Origin: Leucoraja erinacea | Lineage: Eukaryota | Direction: 5' to 3' | DNA length: 64,000 bases | Assembly (NCBI RefSeq): GCF_028641065.1 | Contig: NC_073395.1 | Location: 16,492,001-16,556,000, forward strand | Shown: one piece after another, positions 62,568-64,000 of the stretch | Layout of the letters: each line of letters opens with the position of its first letter | How positions within the stretch are numbered: the stretch's first letter is position 1 | Notes under the pieces: generated by a model | Databases searched by the model: none | Told to the model about the DNA's origin: nothing | Seen by the model: the letters and a program-made list of their open reading frames with translations, nothing else | Position numbers and translations under genes: made by a program

Positions 62568-64000
62568 GTAAGTAGCAAGAGTTGTGTTTCTCACAACCCG
62601 ATCCATTGTTCATTTCTTTCCCTCTGGCGAGGAGCTTGAGATTGGGACCAAATGGACTGTCTCTGCACAGTGCTATGCAGCACCCTGATCCTGAATTTCA
62701 GCCAACACTCCTTAATAAGGATCAAATTTTCCACCTCTGGCATTCTGCTCTTCTATTGATAGCCTACTGACCTGAACCAAGCTACCAAAAAGTATTCAAT
62801 TCAATCTAAATCATTTTAAATGACAATATTTGCTTTTGGTGTAGATAAAAGCTTTTGTTTGTGTACTATCCAATTAAATCAGATAATACTACACAAGAAT
62901 ACAATCGCCATATACAAGCACAAGAGGTAGATCAGAGAATAAAAATGACCAGAGTGCAGAATATAGTTTTCACCATTGTAGCATAACCGTTCCAGAGAAA
63001 AAGTCCAATGTTCACAATTGGAGGATTGGTACTGGACCCTAGCACATGAGAGAAATGTTCAGAAGACTCATAACAGAAGCAAAGAAGCTGGTCCAGAGTC
63101 TGGTGGTACATGCTTTCAAGCTTTTGTATCTTTCTGCCCAATGGGAGCTGGAAAAGAGAGAATGATCAGGGTGAGAAAGGTTGTTGACTGTGTTGGCTGC
63201 CGTCCCGACAGTGTTCCAGTCACACACAGCCCAGCAGCCCACCACTAAGCCAGTTCTGAATCCAAAGGGCCGAGTCATTGTAGACTCCATACATCTTAAT
63301 CTGCTGGATCAGCCTACCATGTGGGTCTTTATCAAATGCCTTTTTAAAAACCATGCTGACAAAACCCACTCCCCTACCCTCAATGAAACACCCTTGTCAC
63401 CTCCTCAAAAAACAAATCCAGGCCGTAGCCTCACTGGGTCAGATTGAATATCGCCTGGAGAGATGCAAAGTGATGAACTGTGTTTGTTTCCTGGTGTAGT
63501 GCCCGTGAGCTGGAGCTGGAAGATTGTCAGAGCAGGCTACAGCAGGAGCTCCGGGAACGCATGGCCATTGATGGTAGGTGACACTCGTGCCTATTCTCTG
63601 TCGGCCCTCTCTGATCTTTCCAGGCCAAAGACACTGGTGGATATTAGGGCCCCCTCCTAGGGATCTGTGCAACGTTTAAGTGATTCCGTGGGCCGTGGTA
63701 AGACAGCAGTGCTTGCCACAAACCAGATAAACCCAGGAGCTTCTGTCAGCATGTTGCTGCAGGTAGCTCACCATGTCTACAAACCTCACACCAAACAATC
63801 CACCCTGAGCTCCATCATGGCAAGATATTCCCAGAGGCAGAGAAAGCTAGGACATTGTCAAGTCTCTCTGCCAGGAACACATAGAGGGGAAGAGCAAGCT
63901 GCATCTTACTTACCCATCCACCTCAAAACCACCTGTCCCACATGCAGAGGCTCGATCCCCCACTGGGCCCGATAGCCACAAAAAAACACCCACAACTGGG

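Overview
Eukaryotic (vertebrate) genomic DNA. The repeat families (HE1/V-SINE-like SINEs, CR1 and Rex/Babar LINEs, dense Penelope-type repeats) suggest a cartilaginous fish, probably a skate or ray; this is inference. The window lies inside one + strand multi-exon gene, a MICAL3-like F-actin monooxygenase. I can chain 16 GT-AG exons (2749 to 62567) into one open frame, from just after the LIM domain, through the acidic/Pro-rich linker and a 1657-nt exon, into the C-terminal bMERB (Rab-binding) coiled coil. Both gene ends lie outside the window. Several short symmetric exons look like cassettes, two of them inside the bMERB domain. Introns hold LINE/SINE remnants, minisatellites, a Tc1 IR/DR relic, three PIF/Harbinger-type MITEs, a probable P-superfamily MITE, a 72-bp near-perfect hairpin, and about 20 Penelope-type terminal-repeat fragments, some with a minimal hammerhead-ribozyme core. 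Most ORF-track entries are spurious. Family assignments come from recalled motifs, not database searches.
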